From: an uncultured Desulfosarcina sp.
GTDB taxonomy: Bacteria; Desulfobacterota; Desulfobacteria; Desulfobacterales; Desulfosarcinaceae
Direction of reading: 5' to 3'
Assembly (NCBI GenBank): GCA_963674945.2
Contig: CAXXWQ010000004.1
Coordinates: 3,232,001-3,296,000, forward strand
DNA: 64,000 nt
Under the pieces are notes generated by a model. The model saw only the letters and a list, made by a program, of their open reading frames with translations, ran no database searches and was not told where the DNA came from. The first letter of the stretch is position 1. Every line of letters starts with the position of its first letter. This document shows, one piece after another, positions 18,387 to 29,395 of the stretch. Made by a program: the position numbers and the translations under genes.

Positions 18387-20204
18387 ATGGCACAAGTCAT
18401 TGCGGATCGAAGGGATATCGATTTCGTCCTTCACGAACAATTCAATGTGGGGGAATTGAGCAATCATCCAAAATTTTCGGCGTTTGACAAAAAGACGGTC
18501 GATCTGGTCATCAAAGAGGCACGAAATCTGGCCATCAAGGAGATCCTGCCTACCTTCAAGCCCGGAGACGAGGAACAATGCCGCCTGGAAAATGGCGAGG
18601 TATTCGTACCGGAAAGCTTCCATCGTGCCTGGGAGCTGTTTCTCGAAGGTGAATGGCTGGCCTTGCCCGAAGACCCGGAATACGGCGGTCAGGGAATGCC
18701 CCGGACCGTTGCGCTGGCCGCAGGCGACTATTTCAACGGCGCCAACTATGCTTTCATGATGTACGCCGGCCTGACCCACGGAGCGGCGTTGCTGGTGGAG
18801 GCGTTTGGTACCGACGAACAGAAGAAATGCTACTTGAAAAATATGTTCACGGGCAAATGGACCGGCACCATGTTGCTCACCGAACCCGAGGCGGGAAGTG
18901 ACGTGGGAAGACTTTCGACCACCGCGGTGAAGAACCCGGACGGCACTTACAGTATCACGGGAAGCAAGATCTTCATCTCCTCCGGGGAGCATGACCTGGC
19001 GGAAAATATCGTACACCCGGTCCTGGCCCGCATCGAGGGAGCACCGGAGGGTACCAAGGGGATCTCCCTCTTCCTGGTTCCCAAATACAAGGTGAATGCG
19101 GACGGCACCCTGGGCGAGCGTAACGATATCGTCTGCACGGGCATCGAGCACAAGATGGGCATCAACGGAAACGCCACCTGCTCCATGACCCTGGGCGGCA
19201 AGGGGGCGTGCGTGGGAGAACTGTTAGGGCAGGAAAACAAAGGCATGCGGGCCATGTTCCTGATGATGAACGAGGCGCGTCTGCTCGTCGGCATGCAGGG
19301 GTTGGCCTGCGCCAGTGCATCGTACATGAATGCCGTGAACTACGCCCGGGAGCGGATTCAGGGCAAGAACCTGATGAAGATGATGGAACCCGATTCACCG
19401 GCGGTGCCCATCATTCAGCATCCGGATGTCCGGCGAATGCTGATTTCGATGAAATCCTACGTAGAAGGCATGCGCAGCCTGCTCTACTACGCCGGATACC
19501 TCACCGATCAGATGGCCGTCATCGATGATGCCGAGGAAAAAGAGCGCCTCCAAGGATTGTTAGACCTGCTCATTCCCATCTGCAAGGGGTACGTCACCGA
19601 CCGGGCCTTCGAGGTCTGCAGCACCGGCGTTCAGGTCTTCGGCGGTTACGGGTACATCAAAGAATATCCCCAGGAACAACTTTTACGGGATTGCCGCATT
19701 ACATTGATCTACGAAGGTACCAACGGCATACAGGCCATGGACCTGTTGGGCAGAAAACTGGGTATGAACAAGGGGAAACCCATTATGGATTTTCTGGCGG
19801 AGGTCCAAATGACCATCGACAACGCCAAGGCCTTTGATGCCGTCTCTGAATATGCCGCCGGTCTGAAAAAGGCCCTCAACCGGCTGGGGGAGGTCGCCAT
19901 GCACATGGGCGCAACCGCCATGTCGCCCAAGGTGATGAATGCCTTTGCCTTCGCACATCCGTTTTTGGAGGCCTTTGGTGACGTGGCCACGGCCTGGATG
20001 CTGTTGTGGCGTGGGGTCATCGCCGCCGAGAAGATGGAAAAGGGGATAAAGAAGAAAGAACAGGCCTTTTACGAAGGCGTGATCAAGAGCCTGCAGTACT
20101 TTTCCCAGGTGGTGTTGCCCGTGACAATGGGGAAGATGGATGCCATCATGGCGACCAGCGACGCAGCGGTGGAAATCAGTGAGGATGCTTTCGGGGGAAA
20201 ATAG
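18387..20204 (+). CDS. Acyl-CoA dehydrogenase (long form)
   Basis: GTMLLTEPEAGSDVG, GSKIFIS, IYEGTNGIQAMDL. Confidence 0.95.
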   Translation: MAQVIADRRDIDFVLHEQFNVGELSNHPKFSAFDKKTVDLVIKEARNLAIKEILPTFKPGDEEQCRLENGEVFVPESFHRAWELFLEGEWLALPEDPEYGGQGMPRTVALAAGDYFNGANYAFMMYAGLTHGAALLVEAFGTDEQKKCYLKNMFTGKWTGTMLLTEPEAGSDVGRLSTTAVKNPDGTYSITGSKIFISSGEHDLAENIVHPVLARIEGAPEGTKGISLFLVPKYKVNADGTLGERNDIVCTGIEHKMGINGNATCSMTLGGKGACVGELLGQENKGMRAMFLMMNEARLLVGMQGLACASASYMNAVNYARERIQGKNLMKMMEPDSPAVPIIQHPDVRRMLISMKSYVEGMRSLLYYAGYLTDQMAVIDDAEEKERLQGLLDLLIPICKGYVTDRAFEVCSTGVQVFGGYGYIKEYPQEQLLRDCRITLIYEGTNGIQAMDLLGRKLGMNKGKPIMDFLAEVQMTIDNAKAFDAVSEYAAGLKKALNRLGEVAMHMGATAMSPKVMNAFAFAHPFLEAFGDVATAWMLLWRGVIAAEKMEKGIKKKEQAFYEGVIKSLQYFSQVVLPVTMGKMDAIMATSDAAVEISEDAFGGK

Positions 20205-20506
20205 CGGCAGGGATACCAGGGTGGTCCCATGTAGATTTGATACAGGGCATGGGCTTGCCCTGCTGAACACGGGGAAGGCGGGTTGACGTGCCTATCGTGC
20301 CTGAAGTTAATGTATTTTGCCTTTTTCTACAAAACGACTCATGAACTTTAGGCACTTTGGCTCATGATATCATCGCTACTTGCGATTCCCCTGGCAGGAA
20401 TACGTTGTGTGCTTGCTTTTTCGCAGTACCTAGGTAAAATTAAGTAGGTCTTTGTGTTTCATTGTTACTTCCAAGATTAACAATGTAAAACAAAAAGGAG
20501 TTATCT

Positions 20507-22195
20507 GTGACCACAGACAATCCCTATTCAGAAAAGCCGTGGCTCAAACAATACGAGGCCGGTGTTCCCGAACATGTCGATTATGAAAACGTCTGTCTGC
20601 CCGATTTTCTAAGGCATTCCGCCGGCAAATTTCCCCGGAAGATGGCACTTTCCTTTCAAGGATACGATGTCAGCTTCGCCGAGTTGGATGAGATGGTGGA
20701 CCGATTTGCCACATTCCTTGCCGGTATCGGTATCGGAAAGGGAGACAGCGTGGCCATCGTGCTGCCCAACCTGATTCCCTGTGTCGCGGCGTATTATGCC
20801 ATCTTGCGGATCGGCGCCATCGCGGTCATGAACAATCCTCTTTACACCGACCGGGAACTGGCCCACCAGTTCACCGATTCCGAAGCGAAAGCGATGATCA
20901 CCCTGGATCTTCTCGGAAATCGGATGATCGATCTTCGTCCGTCGACCCGGATCAAGCATATCGTTTATACCAGCATCGGCGATTACCTTCCCTTTCCCAA
21001 AAACATTCTCTTCCCGCTGGTGGGAAAGAAGAAAGGACTGGCGGCGAAAGTAAAAGACGCGGAAAATCTGCATAGATGGAAGGCGGTCCTCAACTCCAAC
21101 GATGCGAACCCGCCCGCCGTCGACCTTTCCTTCGACGATGTGGCCATGTACCAGTATACCGGAGGAACGACAGGCCGCTCCAAGGGTGCCATGCTCACCC
21201 ATGGCAACCTGAGCAAGCAGGTCCAACACATATCTTCCTGGTTCCCCTCATTTCAGAGTGACGAGGTGATGCTCGGCGCATTGCCTTTTTTTCATGTTTT
21301 CGGCCTGTCTACGGCCATGAACCTGGCCATCTACCTGGGATGGGGAGACATCCTGGTGCCCAAACCCCAGCCTTCCCAGCTGTTGGAGGCCATCAGTAAA
21401 TACAAGCCCACCTTCGCACCACTGGTCCCCACCATGTACATCGGGATGCTGGAGCACCCCGACATCCAACGCGTCGACCTCTCGTCCATCAAAGGATGTT
21501 TTTCCGGCAGCGCCCCTCTTCCCGTCGAGGTCATCCGTGCATTCGAGGAAAAAACCGGCGCCATCATCGTAGAGGGATACGGCCTTACCGAAACCAGCCC
21601 CGTGACCCACGTCAATCCTTTCCGGGGCCAACGCAAGGTGGGCAGCATCGGCGTGCCCATTTCGGATACCGAATGCCGTATCGTGGACCTTGCCGACAGC
21701 GAGAAGATTCTTCCCGTGGGGGAGGCGGGTGAACTGATGATTCGGGGACCCCAGGTGATGTCAGGCTATCGTAACCTTCCCGAGGAAACGGCCCAAGCCA
21801 TTTCCGACGGATGGCTCCACACCGGTGATATTGCAAAGATGGATGAAGAGGGGTACTTCTTTATCGTCGATCGGAAAAAAGACATTATCATCTCCGGGGG
21901 GTACAATGTCTACCCCAGGGACATCGAAGAGGTATTTTTCGAACATCCCAAAGTAATGGAGGCGACGGTCATCGGCATTCCCCACCCCAAGCGGGGTGAG
22001 GCGGTAAAGGTCTTCGTCGTCCTGAAAGAGGGAGAAAGCGCGACAACCGAAGAAATGCTCGAATACTGCAAGGACAAGTTGGCCAAGTACAAGTGGCCGA
22101 CACAAATCCAATTTTGCGACGAGTTGCCCAAAACCACTGTGGGCAAAGTGTTGAAAAGAAATCTTCGAGACAGTGAATTGGCGAAACAGGGATGA
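20507..22195 (+). CDS. fadD: Long-chain fatty acid-CoA ligase
   Basis: YTGGTTGRSKG, EGYGLTE, GWLHTGD, PKTTVGK. Confidence 0.93.
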   Translation: MTTDNPYSEKPWLKQYEAGVPEHVDYENVCLPDFLRHSAGKFPRKMALSFQGYDVSFAELDEMVDRFATFLAGIGIGKGDSVAIVLPNLIPCVAAYYAILRIGAIAVMNNPLYTDRELAHQFTDSEAKAMITLDLLGNRMIDLRPSTRIKHIVYTSIGDYLPFPKNILFPLVGKKKGLAAKVKDAENLHRWKAVLNSNDANPPAVDLSFDDVAMYQYTGGTTGRSKGAMLTHGNLSKQVQHISSWFPSFQSDEVMLGALPFFHVFGLSTAMNLAIYLGWGDILVPKPQPSQLLEAISKYKPTFAPLVPTMYIGMLEHPDIQRVDLSSIKGCFSGSAPLPVEVIRAFEEKTGAIIVEGYGLTETSPVTHVNPFRGQRKVGSIGVPISDTECRIVDLADSEKILPVGEAGELMIRGPQVMSGYRNLPEETAQAISDGWLHTGDIAKMDEEGYFFIVDRKKDIIISGGYNVYPRDIEEVFFEHPKVMEATVIGIPHPKRGEAVKVFVVLKEGESATTEEMLEYCKDKLAKYKWPTQIQFCDELPKTTVGKVLKRNLRDSELAKQG

Positions 22196-22264
22196 AATCG
22201 AAAGTTCCATCGCCAAACTGCAAGACCCGATTCCTGACAGCTCCGGTAGGGCCTTCGTTTGATC

Positions 22265-22284
22265 ATGAGTGAATATTCATTCAA
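22265..22284. promoter_or_regulatory. Second FadR/YsiA-type operator
   Basis: ATGAGTGAATATTCATTCAA matches the 17686 box at 17 of 20 positions; lies upstream of the fadF-like gene. Confidence 0.75.
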
Positions 22285-22321
22285 GATTCGTGTATTAACA
22301 TAGCAATGCCAAAGGGATAAT

Positions 22322-24394
22322 ATGGAAAGCGCATTAATCGCACCGGCCAAGTATTTCATGTTTTCGATTCCCACGGTCATTTTTTCACTGCTGATCCCGA
22401 TCGTCGGGGTGGCGATCTTCACCTACATCATGGCGCTCAGGGTGGCTCCATTGGTGCGGTCGGCGCCGGACAAGCGCTTCGACAGAATCCCGGCGCGTAT
22501 TTTTCACGTGTTCAAGATCTGGCTGGCCCAGTACCGCCATCCCCGCTACCTGCAGGCCGGGGTCATCCACATCGTGATTTTCGCCGGCTTTTTGATCCTG
22601 AGCATCCGCAGTTGCTCGTTGGTTATCATGGGCATTTCCGAAAGCTTCGTCATGCCCGGGTTCGACGGGGTGGTGGGCCACATTTACAACTTTTTGAAGG
22701 ATTATGCGGCCACGGCGGTGCTGGTGGCCTGTTGTTTCGCCGCATACCGGCGCGTTGTGGTCAAACCGGCGCGGTATGCCGTGCCGGCCAAGTACGGCAA
22801 GGACCATACGGGCGAGGCGCTTTTCGTCCTGGGGCTGATCTCCACCCTGATGATTTCCGAAAGCCTGTTCGAGGCCAGCTTTGCTTCCGCCAACGCGAAG
22901 GCGGGGCTTCACGTCGAGTTCCTGGCGCCCTTGAGCCTGGCGTGGCTCTTCAAGAATTTTCTCATGGTGGCATCCAAAGAGACCTTGCAGGCCATTCACA
23001 TCATCGCCTACTATGTTCATGATCTCACCTTCTTCTTCTTTTTGTGTTTCTTGCCTCTGGGAAAGCACTTCCATGTGATCACCAGCATATTCAATGTCTT
23101 TTTCATGCGTATCGACAAGGGGAATATCAAGCCGGTGGTGCATGGCGTCGAGGACGAACAGCTGGACGACCTGGAGTCCTTCGGCGTCAAGAAACTGGAA
23201 GACTTTACCTGGAAGCACATCCTGGACTTTTACTCATGCGCCGACTGCGGACGCTGCTCGGACAACTGCCCGGCCAACGCCGTGGGCCGACCGCTCTCGC
23301 CGCGGTTCATCTCCATCAAGGGGCGGGATCTGACGTTCAAGAACTATCCGATCTACCCTTACGGCGCCCCTTTCAAGAAAAGCGAGAATCTCATGGGCAC
23401 AACCTACGAGGAGGATGAGATCTGGTCGTGCACCACCTGTGGCGCCTGTGAACAGGAGTGCCCGGTGGGCATCGAGTACATCGACAAGATCGTGGATCTT
23501 CGCCGGGGCATGGTGGACGAGGGGATGGTTCCCCAGAGCCTGCAAAAGCCCTTGAGTGCTTTGGAGAAACGGGGTAACCCCTGGGGAAAGATGGAGAAAA
23601 AGCGGTCCGACTGGACCAAGGACCTGCCCGAAGAGGTGGTCGTAAAGGATCTTTCCAAGGGCAAGGAGACGGCGCAGATGCTCTATTTCGTGGACAGCAT
23701 TACCTCCTTCGACGACCGGATGCAGGATATCGGCCGGGCCACGGCGACGATTCTGTCAAAGGCCGGTGCCGATTTCGGTATCCTGGGCAAGAATGAGAAG
23801 GACAGCGGCAACGAAGTGCGGCGGTTCGGCGAGGAGATGCTCTTTCAGACCCTGAAAGAGATGAACACCGACGCCATCGAAAAGAGCGGTGTGACGAAGA
23901 TCGTGACGGCCGATCCCCATGCCTACAACGTCTTGAAGAACGATTACAAGGGGATGCCGCCGGTGGAGCACATCAGCCAGTTCATCGCGCGAAAGGTTCG
24001 ATCCGGTGCCATCCGTCTGACCGGGGCCAACGGCGACGGCAAGGTATACACTTATCACGACCCGTGCTACCTGGGCCGTCACAACGAGGTGTACGACGAT
24101 CCCCGGGCGGTGCTGGATGCCATCGAGGGGCTCACGCGCGTGGAGATGACCCGTAGCCGTGACCGCTCCTTTTGCTGTGGCGGCGGCGGCCTGATGCTCT
24201 TCTACGAGCCGGAAGAAGAACAGCGCATGGGCGTTGTTCGGGTGCAGATGGCAGCCGAGGCCGGTGCCAATGTGATCGTCACGGCCTGCCCATTCTGCCT
24301 GGTGAACATGGAGGACGCCATCAAGGTGGCCGGCATGGAAGGAGAGATGGAGGCGATTGACCTGTCGGAGTTGATTGCGAGTCATATGGAGTAG
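22322..24394 (+). CDS. Membrane Fe-S oxidoreductase, FadF-like (probable ETF:menaquinone oxidoreductase)
   Basis: N-terminal TM helices with His residues, CADCGRCSDNCP, CTTCGACEQECP, YHDPCYLGR, CCGGGG; precedes etfBA. Confidence 0.88.
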   Translation: MESALIAPAKYFMFSIPTVIFSLLIPIVGVAIFTYIMALRVAPLVRSAPDKRFDRIPARIFHVFKIWLAQYRHPRYLQAGVIHIVIFAGFLILSIRSCSLVIMGISESFVMPGFDGVVGHIYNFLKDYAATAVLVACCFAAYRRVVVKPARYAVPAKYGKDHTGEALFVLGLISTLMISESLFEASFASANAKAGLHVEFLAPLSLAWLFKNFLMVASKETLQAIHIIAYYVHDLTFFFFLCFLPLGKHFHVITSIFNVFFMRIDKGNIKPVVHGVEDEQLDDLESFGVKKLEDFTWKHILDFYSCADCGRCSDNCPANAVGRPLSPRFISIKGRDLTFKNYPIYPYGAPFKKSENLMGTTYEEDEIWSCTTCGACEQECPVGIEYIDKIVDLRRGMVDEGMVPQSLQKPLSALEKRGNPWGKMEKKRSDWTKDLPEEVVVKDLSKGKETAQMLYFVDSITSFDDRMQDIGRATATILSKAGADFGILGKNEKDSGNEVRRFGEEMLFQTLKEMNTDAIEKSGVTKIVTADPHAYNVLKNDYKGMPPVEHISQFIARKVRSGAIRLTGANGDGKVYTYHDPCYLGRHNEVYDDPRAVLDAIEGLTRVEMTRSRDRSFCCGGGGLMLFYEPEEEQRMGVVRVQMAAEAGANVIVTACPFCLVNMEDAIKVAGMEGEMEAIDLSELIASHME

Positions 24395-24425
24395 GCCAGT
24401 TTTTGTAAATGATGATTCAAGTAAT

Positions 24426-24549
24426 AGAATCCAGGAGACAGAAGTCAGAATCCAGAAGAAGGATTCGCCTGCGGCTCAACCTATTGAAATGGCTGGAGCA
24501 AAGCGACTTCCGATCGATTCTGAATACTGACTTCTGACTCCTGAATTCT
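24426..24549. repeat. Palindromic element with heptamer arms, copy 1
   Basis: CAGGAGA-CAGAAGT-CAGAATC arm and its reverse complement; related copy at 49715-49845. Confidence 0.8.
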
Positions 24550-24605
24550 TTAGGTATGAAAAGATAAAAAGATTGACCATGTGAACATCAACTAGGAGGT
24601 ACCAA

Positions 24606-25379
24606 ATGGAAATACTCGTCTGTGTGAAACGGGTTCCCGACACCGCGGAGAACGAGATCGAGGTGTCCGGCGACGGTAGTGATATCGAACGGGACGACCT
24701 GGTCTATTCGGTCAACGAGTGGGACAACTACGCCGTGGAAGAGGCGATTCAACTGCGCGACGCGCACGGCGGATCGGTGACGGTGGTAACCGTTGGCGAC
24801 GACGAGTCCGAAGAGGTACTTCGCCGGGAGATGGCCATGGGCGCGGACAACGGTATTTTGCTCTGCGACGACGCCTTTGACGGCATCGACGGCCGGCAGA
24901 CGGCGGCGCTCCTCGCGGCGGCGGTACAAAAGGGCAACTACGATTTGATCCTCACCGGTGCCCAGGCCGACGGCGGCGCGGGCCAGGTGGGGGGCATGGT
25001 GGCCGCCATGCTGGATTACCCTTACGCCTCTTTGGTGAACAAGATCGAGGTGGCCGGCGACAAGCTCAAGGTAGGCCGCGAGATCGAGGGGGGCAACCAG
25101 GAGATGAACGAGATTTCTTTACCCTGCGTGCTTTCCATTCAGACGGGCATCAACGAGCCGCGCTACGTGGGCATCCGGGGCATCCGCAAGGTGGCCTCGG
25201 TGGAGATTCCCCAGTTGGGCGCATCGGATCTCGGCGTTGACCTGGGCGAGGCCAATGTGAAGCGCGCCGACTACTTCGTTCCGGAACTGGGCGATGGTGC
25301 CGAGATGCTCGAGGGCAGCACCGAAGAGATCATCGCCAAGCTCATTGAACTGCTCAAGGCCAAAGGAGGGCTGAAATAA
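24606..25379 (+). CDS. etfB: Electron transfer flavoprotein beta subunit
   Basis: ILVCVKRVPD, YAVEEA, NEPRY. Confidence 0.95.
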   Translation: MEILVCVKRVPDTAENEIEVSGDGSDIERDDLVYSVNEWDNYAVEEAIQLRDAHGGSVTVVTVGDDESEEVLRREMAMGADNGILLCDDAFDGIDGRQTAALLAAAVQKGNYDLILTGAQADGGAGQVGGMVAAMLDYPYASLVNKIEVAGDKLKVGREIEGGNQEMNEISLPCVLSIQTGINEPRYVGIRGIRKVASVEIPQLGASDLGVDLGEANVKRADYFVPELGDGAEMLEGSTEEIIAKLIELLKAKGGLK

Positions 25380-26347
25380 TGGCTGATATTTTTGCATACA
25401 TCCCCCACAAAAATGGTGTGGCCGACGACGCGGCCCTGGAACTGATCACCGCTGCCGGGAAGATCGATGCCGATGCATCCGTCACCGCCATCGTGACCGG
25501 TGCGGGCGCGGACCTGGACAAGGTGGCCGATGCGGTCGCCGCAACCTATCCCAAGGTCTTCAAATTCGACAATGACCTCCTGGCCTATCCCAACGCCGAG
25601 GTGGTCCGAAAACTGCTGGTAAACGGATTGCCGAAAGGTGCCATCGTGCTGATTCCCCACGACACCTTCGGCATGGACCTTGGCCCCGGCCTTTCCATCA
25701 AGCTGGATTCGGCCTTCGTGTCCGACGTCGTGGACATCGAGGGGACGGACGGCGACAACCTGAAGGTGATCCGCCAGGAGTATTCGGGCATGGTGAGCAC
25801 CCACGTGAACGTGAATATGGCCAAGGGTGTGGTGGTGAACATCCGCCCCGGCGCCTTTGCCGCGGATGAAAGCAAGGCTGCCGGAGGCACGGTGGAGGAC
25901 AAAAGCGGCGATGCCGGCGATCTTACCGTAAACCGCACCTTCCTTGAGATCGTGGAAGCCGAGGTGGGCGACGTGGACATCACCAAATCGGACGTCCTGG
26001 TCTCCATCGGCCGGGGTATCGAAGACGAGGAGAACATCGAGATCGCCCAGGAACTGGCCGACGCCATGGGGGCCGTGGTCTCCTGCTCCCGCCCCATCGT
26101 GGATGCCAAGTGGCTGGAGAAATCCCGCCAGGTGGGAACATCGGGCCAGACGGTCAAGCCCAAGGTGTACCTTGCCTGCGGCATCTCGGGCAGTTTTCAG
26201 CACATGGGGGGCATCAAGGGAGCGCCCTTTATCGTGGCCATCAACAAGAACGTCAAGGCACCCATTTTCCAGGTGGCCGACGTGGGCATCGAAGCCGACA
26301 TCCTCGACTTCCTGCCCGAGCTGACCGAGGCCATCGAAGAGCTGTAA
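25379..26347 (+). CDS. etfA: Electron transfer flavoprotein alpha subunit
   Basis: SRPIVD, QVGTSGQTVKP, GISGSFQH, APIF. Confidence 0.95.
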   Translation: MADIFAYIPHKNGVADDAALELITAAGKIDADASVTAIVTGAGADLDKVADAVAATYPKVFKFDNDLLAYPNAEVVRKLLVNGLPKGAIVLIPHDTFGMDLGPGLSIKLDSAFVSDVVDIEGTDGDNLKVIRQEYSGMVSTHVNVNMAKGVVVNIRPGAFAADESKAAGGTVEDKSGDAGDLTVNRTFLEIVEAEVGDVDITKSDVLVSIGRGIEDEENIEIAQELADAMGAVVSCSRPIVDAKWLEKSRQVGTSGQTVKPKVYLACGISGSFQHMGGIKGAPFIVAINKNVKAPIFQVADVGIEADILDFLPELTEAIEEL

Positions 26348-26443
26348 AAAGCTTTTCCAGACCAAAGGTAACCGAACCGTATTACGAAAGAAACGCATTT
26401 TCCCATTATTTTACCGTTGGCGTAAAATGGGAAAAGCTTTTTA
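26345..26443. repeat. 99-bp element with 14-bp terminal inverted repeats, copy 1
   Basis: TAAAAAGCTTTTCC...GGAAAAGCTTTTTA; inverted copy at 55061-55159. Confidence 0.75.
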
Positions 26444-26592
26444 TAGAAAGCTTCTTTTCATTTCTATTCATCCGGCGGATCGTTTTGTAATCGAACGAAC
26501 GATTCGCCGGTTTTTTATCTTAGGATCCCGACGTTCTTTGGTAACTCTGGGACAGGGTAACCGTATTTGGTGTCCATTGCGGTAATTCGTTG

Positions 26593-26670
26593 TCGCAGGC
26601 ATGGCCAGCTCCTACAAAAAGCCGCGAATCGCCTATCTTTTGAAGGTGTACGAGCGGGCCATGCCCGCGA
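26593..26670. repeat. GTAG-type REP doublet
   Basis: GTAGGAGCTGGCCATGCCTGCGA (minus strand) and GTACGAGCGGGCCATGCCCGCGA (plus strand), inverted and 32 nt apart. Confidence 0.7.
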
Positions 26671-26810
26671 AGAAATGAAATCGGTCCAAATACGGTTATC
26701 CTGGTCCATGTGGTTGCCGATCTTGACAAGTAGTCGGCCTTGACATAGATCTATTTGTTTGTAGGATTCACAGCACCGGTTCGCCAAAATAGATACAGTC
26801 TGGTGATTCC

Positions 26811-27341
26811 ATGAATGAGAGATGGAAAATTCATTTGCGATGTGCCCTTTTCATTCTGGTCGTCGCCGTTGGACTATCGGTTAATGGCCCTTTGCTACCG
26901 GCTCTTGCCGGAAACGGGGGAAAACAGGTGGTTCACTTGTATTTTGCCCAACCGAATCGCCCATTTCTCGTGGGAGAACAGCGGGTATTGCCCCATGCCG
27001 GTGATGCCTTGGCCTTGGGAAGACAGATCCTCACGGAACTGATGGCGGGATCTACCCATGGAAACCTCGCCACGATACCGGATGGTACGGCGATCCGTTC
27101 CTTTTTTATCCTGAATGACAAAACGGCCGTGGCAGATTTTTCGGATCATTTGAGAAATTATCACGAGGGGAGTTGCAGAAAGGAGCAGTTGATACTATTT
27201 TCTATCGTCAATTCCCTGGTGCTCAATTGTCCCCAGATTGATCGGGTGCAGTTTCTCATTGATGGTGAACCAGTGCAGACCCTCGCCGGTCATGTGGCTC
27301 TGGAATTTCCCTTAACCGCGGACATGCTGCTGACAAGATGA
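26811..27341 (+). CDS. GerMN-domain protein
   Basis: Signal peptide; LYFA, TIPDGT, SIVNSL, VQFLIDG...TLAGH. Confidence 0.85.
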   Translation: MNERWKIHLRCALFILVVAVGLSVNGPLLPALAGNGGKQVVHLYFAQPNRPFLVGEQRVLPHAGDALALGRQILTELMAGSTHGNLATIPDGTAIRSFFILNDKTAVADFSDHLRNYHEGSCRKEQLILFSIVNSLVLNCPQIDRVQFLIDGEPVQTLAGHVALEFPLTADMLLTR

Positions 27342-29374
27342 AAAAGAAATCGGAAAAAATCAATAATATTAGAAATATCGGTATCATTGCGCACATCGAC
27401 GCGGGCAAGACGACGGTCACCGAACGCGTTCTCTACTACACGGGGAAATCCCATAAAATCGGAGAGGTGCACGATGGCGAAGCGGTGATGGACTGGATGG
27501 TGGACGAACAGGAACGGGGAATTACGATCACTTCTGCGGTCACTACCTGCAAGTGGAAGGACCGGGACATCCAGGTCATCGATACACCGGGACACGTCGA
27601 TTTCACTATCGAGGTGGAACGATCCTTACGGGTGCTGGACGGGGCCGTCGGCGTGTTTTGCGCCGTCGGCGGCGTGGAACCCCAGTCCGAGACGGTTTGG
27701 CGCCAGGCCGACCGATACAAGGTTCCGAAAATTGCCTTCGTCAACAAAATGGATCGTATCGGCGCCGATTTTTTCGGTACCGTCCAGATGATGAAAGATC
27801 GTCTGGCCGCCAAACCATTGATCATTCAGATTCCCGTGGGTGCGGAAGACGGCTTCACCGGGGTGGTGGATCTCATCGCCATGAAGCAGATCCGATGGGA
27901 TGACGATACCCTGGGGGCCAGCTTTGCCGAACTGGATATCGATGAAAACATTTTCGAGGATGCCAGGACCCACAGGGAGCAACTGCTCGAGACACTTGCC
28001 GAAGTGGACGATGAGATCATGGAGGCCTACCTTTCGGAAACGCCCATGGATGAGGATATGATTCGTGCCGCCATCCGAAAGGCCGTTATCGATTTGAAGC
28101 TGGTTCCGGTGTTGTGCGGCACCGCATTGAAAAATAAAGGAATCCAGCCCCTTCTGGATGCGATTGTGCAATATCTGCCAAGTCCCGCCGAGGTTCCGGC
28201 CATCCGGGGGGAAAATCCCGAAACCGGTGAACAGATCTTGTGCCAGCCGGAGGAGAAGGCACCGCTGGCGGCCCTGATTTTCAAGGTTTCCATGATGGAA
28301 GGTCGCAAGCTCTCCTTTGTCCGGGTGTACAGTGGAACGCTTCAGGCCGGCAGTGACGTGTTCAATCCCAGCCGAAAGAAAAAGGAGAAGCTGTCCCGGA
28401 TCCTCATGATGCACGCCAACAAACGGGAACGGGTGGATGCGGTGGGGCCGGGCTCCATCGTCGGGGTGGTGGGATTGAAAGAATCCTCGACGGGGGAGAC
28501 ACTTTGCCATCAGGACCATCCGGTGGTGCTGGAAAAGATGGATTTTTATGAACCCGTCATCTCCGTGGCCGTGGAGCCCAGGACCCATAGCGATCAGGAA
28601 AAACTGATGCAGGTGCTGGATAAATTCATGGCGGAAGATCCCACGCTGCGGGTTCGGGAGGATGAGGATACCGGCCAGATGATTCTTTCCGGGATGGGTG
28701 AATTGCATCTCGAAATCATCACCAGTCGCATGCAGCGGGAATTCAACACCCAGGTCAATGTGGGAAAACCCCAGGTCGTCTATCGGGAGACCATCGAAAG
28801 CGAAGCGTCGGGTCATGCCGTTTTCGACAAGGAGGTGGCCGGTAACCGTCACTTTGCCGAAGTAAAAATCAAGCTCGTTCCCCTTTCCCGTGGGGAAGGA
28901 AACCGATTTGATTCACAACTGAACGAGACGGTCATCGCCCCGGAATTGGTCAAAGCCGTGGAAAAAGGGGTGATGGAGTCCCTGGAGAGTGGTATTCTCA
29001 TGGGATATCCGGTGGTGGACGTGGGGGCCTTCTTGACGAACGCGACCACGAAAGAGTCCAATGGGACGGAACTGGCCTTTACCGTCGCTGCTTCCATGGC
29101 TGTTCGGGAGGCTTTGACCGCAGGAAGCTCCTTTCTCCTGGATCCAATCATGGCCGTGGAGGTGATCGTTCCCGAGGATTTCATGGGAGACGTGATCGGG
29201 GATCTCAACGCGCGTGGAGGAAAGATCGAAGCCATCGTCCCGAGAATGGGCGTTCAGATGATCAAGGCCACCGTTCCCCTTGCCAAGATGTTCGGCTATT
29301 CCACCGGTCTGCGATCCGCCACCCAGGGGCGGGGGACGTTTACCATGCAGTTCTCCCGGTTCGATAAAAATTGA
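27338..29374 (+). CDS. fusA: Elongation factor G (paralog outside the str operon)
   Basis: [31 protein letters not shown]. Confidence 0.95.
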   Translation: MKKKSEKINNIRNIGIIAHIDAGKTTVTERVLYYTGKSHKIGEVHDGEAVMDWMVDEQERGITITSAVTTCKWKDRDIQVIDTPGHVDFTIEVERSLRVLDGAVGVFCAVGGVEPQSETVWRQADRYKVPKIAFVNKMDRIGADFFGTVQMMKDRLAAKPLIIQIPVGAEDGFTGVVDLIAMKQIRWDDDTLGASFAELDIDENIFEDARTHREQLLETLAEVDDEIMEAYLSETPMDEDMIRAAIRKAVIDLKLVPVLCGTALKNKGIQPLLDAIVQYLPSPAEVPAIRGENPETGEQILCQPEEKAPLAALIFKVSMMEGRKLSFVRVYSGTLQAGSDVFNPSRKKKEKLSRILMMHANKRERVDAVGPGSIVGVVGLKESSTGETLCHQDHPVVLEKMDFYEPVISVAVEPRTHSDQEKLMQVLDKFMAEDPTLRVREDEDTGQMILSGMGELHLEIITSRMQREFNTQVNVGKPQVVYRETIESEASGHAVFDKEVAGNRHFAEVKIKLVPLSRGEGNRFDSQLNETVIAPELVKAVEKGVMESLESGILMGYPVVDVGAFLTNATTKESNGTELAFTVAASMAVREALTAGSSFLLDPIMAVEVIVPEDFMGDVIGDLNARGGKIEAIVPRMGVQMIKATVPLAKMFGYSTGLRSATQGRGTFTMQFSRFDKN

Positions 29375-29395
29375 CGGCTCCGTAAAAAGTCCGAT

